From Patescibacteria group bacterium (GTDB lineage Bacteria; Patescibacteriota; Patescibacteriia; UBA2591; JAQWAS01): a DNA stretch of 58,059 nucleotides. Under the pieces are notes generated by a model. The model did not search any database. It was given only the letters and a program-made list of their open reading frames with translations, and had not been told where the DNA came from. The DNA lies in the NCBI GenBank assembly GCA_028707495.1, contig JAQWAS010000002.1, forward strand, positions 3,439-61,497, written 5' to 3'. Made by a program: the position numbers and the translations under genes. Shown here piece after piece: positions 18,114 to 27,351 of this stretch. Positions within the stretch are counted from its first letter, which is position 1. The number at the start of each line of letters is the position of its first letter.

Positions 18114-18281
18114 ATGACTAAATTAAAACAAATTTTAACTAAAGCCGATAAACGCGCCCAACAACATTTCAAAAATAAAAATCAACCCCAAGGCGCTACT
18201 TTAAGTTCACAAACCCAACATTGGCGTGACTCAAATTTTTATCAAAAAACCAAAAAAATATCTAAAATTACAATAAAATAA
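18114..18281 (+). CDS. possible small basic protein (55 aa, below the ORF-track cutoff)
   Basis: An ATG follows a cTATAAT-like element. The ORF reads MTKLKQILTKADKRAQQHFKNKNQ...KISKITIK, and its TAA stop lies 2 nt before the miaA ATG. Confidence 0.3.
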   Translation: MTKLKQILTKADKRAQQHFKNKNQPQGATLSSQTQHWRDSNFYQKTKKISKITIK

Positions 18282-18283
18282 TT

Positions 18284-19189
18284 ATGGTTTCAAACCTTCC
18301 AAAATTAATTGTTGTTCTCGGTCCCACCGCTTCTGGCAAAACCAGTTTGTCTTTAAAATTAGCTCAAAAATATCATGGACAAATTATTTCAGCTGATTCA
18401 CGTCAAATTTATAAATATATGGATATTGGAACTGATAAAATCCAAGACACTCGAAATGTTCCTCATTATTTAATTAATATCATTACGCCTAAACAAAATT
18501 ATTCTCTAGCCCGATATCAACACCAAGCGATTAAAATTATTAAACAGATTCAACAAAAAAAAGATATTCCCTTTTTAGTTGGTGGCACTGGTATGTATAT
18601 TGATGCGGTGATTGAAAATTGGCACATTCCTCGAGTTAAACCTAATTTAAAATTACGCGCTCAATTAGAAAAAGAAATTCAACTTTTTGGTCATGACAAA
18701 CTTTATCAACGTTTGATTAAACTGGATCCAGCTGCTAAAAATTTTGTTGATTCTAAAAATCCACGTCGCATTATTCGAGCGCTCGAAGTATGCTTAACTA
18801 CTCAGCAACCCTTTTCCCAACAGCGTCTTAAGAAAAAACCCTTATTCGATTGTTTAATTTTAGGTATCAATTTACCTCGAGAAAAATTATATCAAAAAAT
18901 TAATCAACGCACTCAATATATGGTTAAAAATGGCTTAATTGATGAGGTTAAATTTTTGATTAAAAAATACGATCTACAGTTGCCAGCCCTCCAAGGTTTA
19001 ATTTATAAAGAAATAATTGCTTATTTAAATGGCCAAATAGATTTAAATCGAGCCGTCGAATTAATTCAGCAAAACACTCGCCATTATGCCCGTCGCCAAA
19101 TAACTTGGTTTAAACGCAATTCAAATATTCACTGGATTAAAAATTTTTCTCAAGCCGATAAGTTAGTTAAACAATTTTTATTAAAATAA
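18284..19189 (+). CDS. miaA: tRNA dimethylallyltransferase MiaA
   Basis: The P-loop GPTASGKTS, the DSRQIYKYMDIGT motif and the YARRQITWF C-terminal motif are present. Confidence 0.93.
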   Translation: MVSNLPKLIVVLGPTASGKTSLSLKLAQKYHGQIISADSRQIYKYMDIGTDKIQDTRNVPHYLINIITPKQNYSLARYQHQAIKIIKQIQQKKDIPFLVGGTGMYIDAVIENWHIPRVKPNLKLRAQLEKEIQLFGHDKLYQRLIKLDPAAKNFVDSKNPRRIIRALEVCLTTQQPFSQQRLKKKPLFDCLILGINLPREKLYQKINQRTQYMVKNGLIDEVKFLIKKYDLQLPALQGLIYKEIIAYLNGQIDLNRAVELIQQNTRHYARRQITWFKRNSNIHWIKNFSQADKLVKQFLLK

Positions 19190-19197
19190 TCTTTTGG

Positions 19198-19237
19198 TAA
19201 AAAAATAGTCCTAAATTAATTTAAGACTATTTTTTTA
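19198..19237. terminator. bidirectional terminator between miaA and the giant surface-protein gene
   Basis: AAAAATAGTC, a 14-nt loop, then GACTATTTTT, with flanking A-runs and T-runs. Confidence 0.6.
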
Positions 19238-19248
19238 TTTTAATAAAT

Positions 19249-22200
19249 TTAATTGGCGGGTTGTATTTTTTTTAAAGCCACGTCTTCTTTAACAAAGCCA
19301 TCTTCACCATCAATCTCAATTTGGCCCTCTACCATTTCATAACCGGGTTTCTGGCAAGTTAAAATATATTTATCTTTGCCGATTTTAAAACCATAGCGCC
19401 CATCTCGTAAGGTTGTCTGAGTGTATAATAATTTACCAAATTCTTGACTAAATAAACGCATAACTGCCCCACCAATTTTTTCGCCTGTTTCAATATCGTA
19501 AATATTGCCCCACGGTTTAATTTTGGCCCCAAAAGTCACAAACCTAAATGAGAAAAATAATACCACATGAAAAGCCAATAAGGCTAAAGTATAATAACTT
19601 GGCGAAATTACCACCGCGCTTAAGCCCAAAATTGGCCCAAAATACGACATGATTTTACCGATTTGTTGCTTGGCTTTTTCCTTGACCATCTTTTTATATT
19701 CTTTCATTTTATCATCGTCTGAAGCTATTAATAAAGATTTTAAATTATCAAATTTAATTTTTAAATTTTGCCGACCGTCAGCGCTCGCGCTTAATCCAGA
19801 TTTTAAATCAACTGGAATATTTAAATTTAAATATGGCCGAGGCAAAACATACCGATTATTTTTGTGTTCAATTTTTTCTTCGATTAATTCAGTGGTCTCA
19901 TATTTTACATTAGGATCACCTTCCTTACTGGTAATTTCTTCACCATGATAAATATTCTCATATATGCCATCTTTAAATTCATTTTGTAAAATTTGACTTG
20001 GGAATTGATAATCACGCGTATTGATTTTAATATAATATTTTTCCAAAGGTTGAATTAAAAAATAATACCGCCCATCAGCACCCGTCACTTTGGTTGATAG
20101 TAATTTGTGATTTTCGGCACTATACAAACCAATCGTAGCTAAAGCCACTGGTTGCTTAGTTAACGAATCGTAAACTGTGCCCCAATATTTACGTTTACGG
20201 GCCAAGAAAAAGGCCGGTTCGGTAAAAATAAGCTTTAAAATTTGTAATAAATATTGTGTAAATGGCACAGCCGTGGCTGCTATTGGCGCCGTTGTAACTA
20301 CATTAATTATAGCCACTGTAGTTACAGTTGGCACAAAAACTTTTTTGTTCACATTCTGTACGGTTTCGTTTTCTTGAATATTTTCTTTATAAACTTTAGC
20401 GACTGGTGCAATTATTTTTTCCTTAACAGCTTCAATAACTGGTTCAACAACATTTTTCTTAACAATTTCTACCACTGGTTTAATAATTTTTTCAACTACT
20501 TTTTCAACTGTTTCAGTAATAGCTTCGGTTGTCTCTTGAATAGTTTCTTGAATTACCGGCGGTAATTCTGGAATTATTCTACCACCGCCCGGATTTGATT
20601 GAGGTGAAGGCTGGCAACTACTATCATCAACTAAACGTTCCAAGCCTTGATCGCCAAAACATCTGACCTCATTAGGCATACAAGTCCGAGTTTGTTTCAT
20701 TTGATTGTCTTCACAACCTTGATTAACCCAAGCAGTACACACACAAGGAATTAAATTAACACAATTTTCATCCATCACCTCACGATTTTCGTTGTCACAA
20801 CCACTCGGCAAACATTCTCGATTTTCTAAACGATAACCCGTATAATTACCATCTTCATTAAAAAGACAATCACCACTCACCCAGTTATTACACTCACACT
20901 CTTCTTCAGAACAACTAAAATCAAACACAAATCTCGAAGATGGGCCACAATCTACTGGATCACAAAAACGTACCTGAACTCGCCTTGGTTCACCTTCGAC
21001 ACATTCTTCGTTTTGCCAATCCGTATAAGAATGACAAGCGTGACACACTGGATCATAAGCCTGATTTTCTTCTATCCAACATTCGCCCGTCGACTCATAG
21101 CAACATTCACGACTCGTTTTTTTTTCGTGAAAAGTAGCCGGTAAAATTGTTGATGAGTCTTGATTTAATTTAATATTCATCTCGCCCGTAAATTCTAAAC
21201 ACTCATCATTTTGCCAATCGCCACACATCGGCATTTCTATTTTAAAACCAAAAGTTTTACTAATTCTATCTTGGTCGGAAGAAAACCAATTGGGTGGATT
21301 AATAATCCAAGGCAAATTATCGGTAGTTAAATTATAAGTACCCTCTTTAAACAGATCCAAATCCGACAATGTCGATTCATCAATCTCCACTAAAAAAGTA
21401 TAAAAATCCGCGAATAATTTATTAAGTCCTGGCGGTGTCTCTGGATCGGGCGGCCTAAAAAAAATAAATTCACCCCGACTATCTGCTTGAGTTTCATCCA
21501 TTAAATCGCCAACTGCCTGATCAGGCGTCCAACTATTATCTATTTCAAAAAGCTTAACAACTACACCCTTAAAATTTTGTCCACTATTTATTTCTGAATC
21601 ATCCATATAGCCATTATTGTTCTGATCATAAAAAAATTTACCACGCACAATCCTTCCACCAAAATAACCAAAACTAGCTTGATATTCTTGATTATAGGAT
21701 AATTCAACTAATAAAGGTGATTTTTCATTAGTAGCGATTGGTTCGTTTCCCTCAAAAGCATCTTGAACCATCACTGTCTCTTCATCAATATATAGCCAAT
21801 AATTACCCGGCTCTAATTCTAAAAAATTAGCTTCTCCTTGTTCATTAGAAAATTGAGTGTCAATTAAATTATCCTGAGTAAAATTAAACAAACCGTCAGC
21901 TACGGAATCTTCATATAATCTAACCTCCACATCACTTAAAAGAGCATCTCCTGTGTCATTACCATAAACTCCATCTGTATTTTGATCGTAAAAAACCTGA
22001 ACCTGAATATTCCCCGGTTCCTGAGAAATAATAATATCAATTAAGCCCTGAACTGTATCGCTCCAAGAGCTATAACCAGTTGGTTCCTCTTCATCGCTAT
22101 AATAAATAGCCTCTGATTGACTAGCAATGGGTGAGCCAGATTCTGCCACTTCATTAACTTGTACTTGAAAAGACACCTGTCCACCTTCACCAGCTGGCAC

Positions 22201-22599
22201 ATCTACAATATAAAAAGTCACCATATTAGCTCGAGTAATATTATAGTCCCCTTCGTCTTCATCCGCTTCGTCAGTTAAAATTTCTTCGTTTAAAATCATC
22301 GAGCCTGGCACATAAGTTGTTCCATCTGGAACCTTATCATAAATTTCAACATCTACTGCTTTAAAAGCTGAAACATTTTCATAGCCAGTAGTAAAAGTTA
22401 AAACATCTCCGGCATAAACTTTTAACAATTCTCCATCGGGCGACTCAACCATTACTTCAAATTTTTCGTCTTGAGCATAAACATAAAAATCCCGACAAAC
22501 ATATTCTTGATTTAAACTACAAAATAAACCGATTAAAATTATGGTTAGAGCAAAAATATACCAAAAAACTTGTTTAAATTTTATTTTTTCATCTTCCAT
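19249..22599 (-). CDS. large multi-domain cell-surface protein (1116 aa)
   Basis: There is an N-terminal TM anchor. A DUF11-like segment is followed by two SdrD-B/Cna-B-like FYDQN..DG segments. A 23-Cys module region spans aa 459-662, followed by an (E/K)-x-V/I-rich low-complexity linker. The C-terminus has TM segments, each followed by a carboxypeptidase-regulatory-like WG.(V/I)YD...DGRY segment. Confidence 0.9.
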   Translation of the reverse strand: MEDEKIKFKQVFWYIFALTIILIGLFCSLNQEYVCRDFYVYAQDEKFEVMVESPDGELLKVYAGDVLTFTTGYENVSAFKAVDVEIYDKVPDGTTYVPGSMILNEEILTDEADEDEGDYNITRANMVTFYIVDVPAGEGGQVSFQVQVNEVAESGSPIASQSEAIYYSDEEEPTGYSSWSDTVQGLIDIIISQEPGNIQVQVFYDQNTDGVYGNDTGDALLSDVEVRLYEDSVADGLFNFTQDNLIDTQFSNEQGEANFLELEPGNYWLYIDEETVMVQDAFEGNEPIATNEKSPLLVELSYNQEYQASFGYFGGRIVRGKFFYDQNNNGYMDDSEINSGQNFKGVVVKLFEIDNSWTPDQAVGDLMDETQADSRGEFIFFRPPDPETPPGLNKLFADFYTFLVEIDESTLSDLDLFKEGTYNLTTDNLPWIINPPNWFSSDQDRISKTFGFKIEMPMCGDWQNDECLEFTGEMNIKLNQDSSTILPATFHEKKTSRECCYESTGECWIEENQAYDPVCHACHSYTDWQNEECVEGEPRRVQVRFCDPVDCGPSSRFVFDFSCSEEECECNNWVSGDCLFNEDGNYTGYRLENRECLPSGCDNENREVMDENCVNLIPCVCTAWVNQGCEDNQMKQTRTCMPNEVRCFGDQGLERLVDDSSCQPSPQSNPGGGRIIPELPPVIQETIQETTEAITETVEKVVEKIIKPVVEIVKKNVVEPVIEAVKEKIIAPVAKVYKENIQENETVQNVNKKVFVPTVTTVAIINVVTTAPIAATAVPFTQYLLQILKLIFTEPAFFLARKRKYWGTVYDSLTKQPVALATIGLYSAENHKLLSTKVTGADGRYYFLIQPLEKYYIKINTRDYQFPSQILQNEFKDGIYENIYHGEEITSKEGDPNVKYETTELIEEKIEHKNNRYVLPRPYLNLNIPVDLKSGLSASADGRQNLKIKFDNLKSLLIASDDDKMKEYKKMVKEKAKQQIGKIMSYFGPILGLSAVVISPSYYTLALLAFHVVLFFSFRFVTFGAKIKPWGNIYDIETGEKIGGAVMRLFSQEFGKLLYTQTTLRDGRYGFKIGKDKYILTCQKPGYEMVEGQIEIDGEDGFVKEDVALKKIQPAN

Positions 22600-22649
22600 T
22601 TTTGATTTTTATTTTTTATATTATAATTATAACATTTTTAAAAATACTT

Positions 22650-23005
22650 GTCATTAATCGTCTCCATTACCTCCACCTCCCTATCTCTTTTTAGTCATTG
22701 TCCAACTCTCTTTCGTCGCCCCTGGCTCTAGTCCGCCGAATCGGAGGATGACCAGGGATCTAGAATTAATTTAACCTGGATTCCCAATCAAGTTGGGAAT
22801 AACGTAGAGAAAATAGGAATGACGGTTTGGAAGGGTGTCGTTGCGAGGAGTCCGCCGATTCGACGGACTCGCAAAGACAGATTAAAATAGTGTCATTGCG
22901 AGGAGGAGGTAATCCGACGACGTGGCAATCCCGTAAATCAACGCCTTGCGCGCCGATCCCCGAAATTGCTTCCCTGCCGAATCGGCGGGTCGCAAGGATA
23001 AGGTA
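22650..23005. repeat. hairpin-repeat cluster 3 (same family, largest)
   Basis: Units lie at 22719-22760, 22775-22803 (cctggattcccaatcaagttgggaataac), 22837-22879 (gtcgttgcgag..ctcgcaaagaca), 22892-22931 (gtcattgcgagg..ggcaatcc) and 22956-22996. Fragments lie at 22649-22700. Confidence 0.8.
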
Positions 23006-23007
23006 TC

Positions 23008-24732
23008 CTACATTTTCTCCGGCATTTCAATTCCTAATAAATTCAAACCTGTATTTAAAACACGATAAACCGCTTGAATTAAATTCAAACGCCATATTTT
23101 TCTCTCCTCGTTTTCAGCTTCTAAAATTGAACAAGCCTCATAAAAACTACTAAAATCTTTAGCTAACTTTAATAAATAACTAGTTAAAATAGCTGGATTA
23201 TAATCTTGACTAGCTTTTCGGATAATCAATTGAAAATCATATAAATCTTGAATTATTTGCCATTCATTTGGTTGTAAATTTTTTAATTCAGGTAAATTTT
23301 TATTAGATTTAACATCTGTTTTATTTAGAATACTTTTAATCCTGACACCGGCGTATTGTAAATAAGGGCCCGTATCGCCTTCAAATTGAGTTGCCTTAAC
23401 TGAATCATAATCGTTGTTAATTTCTGGTGAAAATTTTAACATACCAAATTTTAATGAAGCCAACGTAATTTGATCAGCAATTTTATCGATCTCATCTTTA
23501 ATCACGTTGTGACGTTTTTCTATTTCTAAAACAGCTATCTTTTTTATTTTATAATATAAATCTTTAGCCGAAACAACCTGACCACTGCGTGAAGCTATTT
23601 TTTGTCCATCAAGAGTTAAAAAACCGTAGGCCAAGTGATAACAATTTTGAGCTTGTTTAAAACCCATTAATTCTAAAGTTTTAAATAATTGCTTTAAATA
23701 TAATTCCTGTCTAACGTCAACCACATAAATTGATTGATCAATTTTAAATTTTTTAAATTTAATCTGGGCTAAGGCCAAATCTTTAGTTGAATATAAACTT
23801 GAACCATCTGATTTTAATAATAGAAATGTGCCTAAATTATACTTTTCTAAATCTACTACAATCGCCCCTTCTGATTTTTTAGCTATTCCCTGTTTAACTA
23901 ATAATTGAACTAAATTTTTACCAGGTTTTTCCATGTCTGATTCAAAAAATTCTTCATCAAATTTTATTTTCAATAAATCATAAATTTTAGCAAACTCTTT
24001 CAAGCTTAATTCGCAAGTTGTCTTCCAAATTCTTTTTAAATCTTTGTCCCCTGCTTCTATTTTTTTTAAAGTGTCATCAACTTGTTTTTTAAATTCCGGT
24101 TGTTCTTCTAATTTTAAATTTGCCTTAACATAAAGTTCGGCTAGCCAACTATCAATATTTTCTATGGGAATTTTTTGATCTGTAAGGTTGGTAAAATACC
24201 ATAACCATTTAGCTACATGGGCTCCGATATCGCCGTGATAATTTGCTCGTATAATTTTATAACCATCAAACTCCAACAAATTTGCCACACTGGCTGACAA
24301 AAATATATTACGTAAATGACCAACATGCAAGGCTTTATGCGTGTTGGCCTGGCCAAAACCTTCAATCATAATTTTATCTTTTTTCTTTACGCCTTGTCCG
24401 TAATTTTCATTTTTTAAAACATCACTTAAAATTGCCCGACTAAATTTATTCTTATTAAGATAAAAATTAACATACGGACCGGCCACGGCTATTTTCTCTA
24501 CTAAATCATTTAATTTTAAACTACCAATTAAATTCGCTAATTCATTCGGTTTTAAATCAACCTTTCTCGCTAAATCGAAACATTTTAAACTCAAATCACC
24601 CAGCTGGATTTGTGGGGGTTTATTAAAAATAATAACTAAATCATCTCCTGATAAAGAAGGAAATTTTTCAATTAAAAAATTTTTTATTTTATGTTCAATT
24701 TCTTGAACAAACTTATAACTTGAATACATCAT
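23008..24732 (-). CDS. argS: arginine--tRNA ligase
   Basis: The class I HIGH-like motif NTHKALHVGHLRN, an ArgRS N-terminal additional domain and a DALR-type C-terminus are present. Confidence 0.95.
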   Translation of the reverse strand: MMYSSYKFVQEIEHKIKNFLIEKFPSLSGDDLVIIFNKPPQIQLGDLSLKCFDLARKVDLKPNELANLIGSLKLNDLVEKIAVAGPYVNFYLNKNKFSRAILSDVLKNENYGQGVKKKDKIMIEGFGQANTHKALHVGHLRNIFLSASVANLLEFDGYKIIRANYHGDIGAHVAKWLWYFTNLTDQKIPIENIDSWLAELYVKANLKLEEQPEFKKQVDDTLKKIEAGDKDLKRIWKTTCELSLKEFAKIYDLLKIKFDEEFFESDMEKPGKNLVQLLVKQGIAKKSEGAIVVDLEKYNLGTFLLLKSDGSSLYSTKDLALAQIKFKKFKIDQSIYVVDVRQELYLKQLFKTLELMGFKQAQNCYHLAYGFLTLDGQKIASRSGQVVSAKDLYYKIKKIAVLEIEKRHNVIKDEIDKIADQITLASLKFGMLKFSPEINNDYDSVKATQFEGDTGPYLQYAGVRIKSILNKTDVKSNKNLPELKNLQPNEWQIIQDLYDFQLIIRKASQDYNPAILTSYLLKLAKDFSSFYEACSILEAENEERKIWRLNLIQAVYRVLNTGLNLLGIEMPEKM

Positions 24733-24765
24733 TTAGTTTAATTATAACATAAAATAATTTTAAAA

Positions 24766-24799
24766 ACAAAAAAGCTTGTTCAGTCAAACAAGCTTTTTT
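24766..24799. terminator. bidirectional terminator between gap and argS
   Basis: AAAAAAAGCTTGTT-cagtca-AACAAGCTTTTTT. Confidence 0.7.
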
Positions 24800-24810
24800 A
24801 TGTTTAATTT

Positions 24811-25806
24811 TTATCTCGTAATAAATTCGGCCATTTCAGCTAAACGATTAGCATAGCCCCATTCATTATCATACCACGCTAAAACTTTGACTAAATTTTC
24901 TCCTTGCACATTAGTAAACTCCGCATCAACAATAGATGAATATGGATTTTTAATAAAATCAATTGAAACTAACGGTTGGTGGTTAACACTTAAAATTCCT
25001 TTTAATTCCTTGTCGGCTGCCTTTTCTAAAGCTTGATTAACTTCTTCAATGGTGACTGGTTTAGTCACCTGAGCGACATAATCTACAACCGAGACGTCTG
25101 CTGTTGGTACCCTAATTGCTAAAGCATCAATGCGGCCATCCATCCCAGAAACAACTTTAACAACGGCTTTGGCCGCACCAGTTGTAGTTGGAATCATACT
25201 CATAGCCGCAGCGCGAGCACGACGCAAATCTTTATGAGGCGCATCCACTAAATTTTGATCAGCCGTGTAGCTATGAACAGTTGTAGCTAAACTTTTAACA
25301 ATCCCAAAATTTTCATTTAAAACTTTAACAATTGGTGCTAAACAATTTGTTGTACATGAACCATTGGAAATAATGTGATCATTCTCCTTATTATAATCCT
25401 GTTGATTACAGCCCCAAACAAAGGTTTTAATATCATCACTTTTACCCGGAGCCGAAAGTAAAACCTTTTTAGCACCAGCTTTTAAATGTTTTTCCGCACC
25501 TTCTTTTTTGGTAAAAAACCCAGTGCATTCCAAAACCACATCTACTCCTAATTCTTGCCAAGGTAATTTTTCTGGATCGGCTTCGGTTAAAGCTAAAATT
25601 TCTTTACCGTCGACGATTAAATATTTATCATTAGCAGAAACATTTTTTTCGTAAATTCCATAAATTGAATCATATTTTAATAAATGTGCTAAGGTTTGAT
25701 TATCAACCAAGTCGTTGACGGCAACTATCTCAACATTCGTTTTGTCTAATAAAATTTTGAAAACTGCTCGGCCAATTCGGCCAAAACCATTAATTGCGAT
25801 TTTCAT
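24811..25806 (-). CDS. gap: glyceraldehyde-3-phosphate dehydrogenase
   Basis: The NAD-binding motif INGFGRIGR, the active-site SNGSCTTNCLAP and the C-terminal WYDNEWGY are present. Confidence 0.97.
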   Translation of the reverse strand: MKIAINGFGRIGRAVFKILLDKTNVEIVAVNDLVDNQTLAHLLKYDSIYGIYEKNVSANDKYLIVDGKEILALTEADPEKLPWQELGVDVVLECTGFFTKKEGAEKHLKAGAKKVLLSAPGKSDDIKTFVWGCNQQDYNKENDHIISNGSCTTNCLAPIVKVLNENFGIVKSLATTVHSYTADQNLVDAPHKDLRRARAAAMSMIPTTTGAAKAVVKVVSGMDGRIDALAIRVPTADVSVVDYVAQVTKPVTIEEVNQALEKAADKELKGILSVNHQPLVSIDFIKNPYSSIVDAEFTNVQGENLVKVLAWYDNEWGYANRLAEMAEFITR

Positions 25807-25843
25807 AGTTTTTTGAATTTAAAAATTAATATTTAAAATTTAT

Positions 25844-26632
25844 TTATTGATTAATATCAACTTCAACAATCATCCCGTCGTCTAATTTAACATCTACGCT
25901 CTGTTTTAAAATATGCCAATTAATCACCTTACCCTTGCCTTGTTTAACTTTAATTTCACTCCCCAAGGCTGGCATTTTTTTAATAGATTCTTGATAAATA
26001 TCAGCTTCAAAACCTAAACAACATAAAAATGAGCCACAAGGTCCGCTTAATCTTTCTTTACCGCGATGAGCAATCTGCTGACTTTGGGCTTGTTCAATGC
26101 TAACCTTGTTAAATTTTTTAATAAATTTAGTACAGCATAAAGATCGTCCACAGGGGCCAATACCACCGCCAATTTTTAAAGCTTGACGCGAATCAACCTG
26201 AATCAAACGAATAGTCTTTTGAAAATGATGGGTTAAATCTTTTAATAAATCCCTGAAATCAATCCTCTTGGAAGCCACAAAGCCAAAGATAATTTTACCG
26301 CCATCATAAGAATAACGCACTCCCAACAAACGCATCGGCAAATTATATTGAGTGACGAATTGCTGACATTCTTTTAGCATCTCGTTTTTTTTATCCTTAT
26401 GTAGGTAAATCTTTTTCAAATCACTAGTATTGGCTTTTCTTAAAACTGGTTTTAATTGAGCTAAAAGCTCTTCGCTCGGCTGATCGTTTTTTTCTAAACC
26501 AGCCACCATGCCAATTTCTCTACCAATTTGAGTCGCCACAACAACCTGATCACCAAGATGTAAATTTAAATCTTCAGCATTAAAATGGTAAACCTTATCC
26601 CATGGAGAAAATTGTATATAAGCTAAAATCAT
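25844..26632 (-). CDS. PSP1-domain protein (YaaT/RicT-like)
   Basis: The Cys-rich segment GPCGRSLCCTKF...GPCGSFLCC is typical of PSP1/YaaT. Confidence 0.85.
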   Translation of the reverse strand: MILAYIQFSPWDKVYHFNAEDLNLHLGDQVVVATQIGREIGMVAGLEKNDQPSEELLAQLKPVLRKANTSDLKKIYLHKDKKNEMLKECQQFVTQYNLPMRLLGVRYSYDGGKIIFGFVASKRIDFRDLLKDLTHHFQKTIRLIQVDSRQALKIGGGIGPCGRSLCCTKFIKKFNKVSIEQAQSQQIAHRGKERLSGPCGSFLCCLGFEADIYQESIKKMPALGSEIKVKQGKGKVINWHILKQSVDVKLDDGMIVEVDINQ

Positions 26633-26645
26633 AATGAAAAAAATA

Positions 26646-26718
26646 AAAATGCTAATTTACAATCACATGCTAATTAACGAAAAAACGTTAGGTCACGCGA
26701 TCCGTAAATTAGCATTTT
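26646..26718 (-). terminator. long terminator-like hairpin between tsf and the PSP1 gene
   Basis: A perfect 15-bp inverted repeat, aaaatgctaatttac (26646-26660) and gtaaattagcatttt (26704-26718), encloses a smaller taacg/cgtta stem. On the minus strand it is followed by TATTTTTTT, and the ATG lies 4 nt after that. Confidence 0.5.
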
Positions 26719-26723
26719 AAAAA

Positions 26724-27311
26724 TTATAAGCTAAATCTAACGAATCTTTTAATTTTAATATTTTCTTTAAGTTTGGCTAAAACTTCTTCAACTACCACTT
26801 GAACTGTTTTTTTATCATCTTTAATAAATTTCTGATTTAACAAACAGACTTCTTCGTAAAATTTATTTAATTTGCCTTCAATAATTTTTTCGGCTACTTC
26901 GGCTGGTTTATTTTCCTGAGCTAATTGTTGACGATAAATTTCTTTTTCTTTTTCAACTACTTCAACTGGAATTTCATCAGCTGAAACATATTCTGGCGCC
27001 ATAGCGGCTATCTGCATAGCTACTTCGTGAGCTAAATTTTTAAATTCTGGATTGCGTGCCACAAAATCAGTTTCACAAACTATTTCGACTAAAACTCCTA
27101 TGCGACCTTCCCCGTGGATATAAGCTTCAATTAAGCCTGCGTTGGTGGCGCGATCTTGTTTTTTGGCTACAATTTTTTTGCCAGATTTTTTAATTATATC
27201 GATAGCTTGATCAATATCGCCATTGGTTTCACCTAAAGCTTTACGGCAATCCAAAATGCCGGCACCGGTTTTTTCTCTTAATTCTTTAATTATGTTTGCA
27301 TCTAATTCCAT
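26724..27311 (-). CDS. tsf: elongation factor Ts
   Basis: The N-terminal UBA-like segment IKELREKTGAGILDCRKAL is followed by an EF-Ts core. Confidence 0.95.
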   Translation of the reverse strand: MELDANIIKELREKTGAGILDCRKALGETNGDIDQAIDIIKKSGKKIVAKKQDRATNAGLIEAYIHGEGRIGVLVEIVCETDFVARNPEFKNLAHEVAMQIAAMAPEYVSADEIPVEVVEKEKEIYRQQLAQENKPAEVAEKIIEGKLNKFYEEVCLLNQKFIKDDKKTVQVVVEEVLAKLKENIKIKRFVRFSL

Positions 27312-27351
27312 AATTTTATTTTTATTTAATTATTAAATGAAAAATAATAAA

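Noticed and set aside
22827-23153. A 108-aa plus-strand ORF spans hairpin cluster 3 and runs into the 3' end of argS.
   Set aside because: It is made of GC-rich hairpin repeats, which are naturally stop-poor. It has no start context and overlaps argS antisense. I treat it as non-coding.
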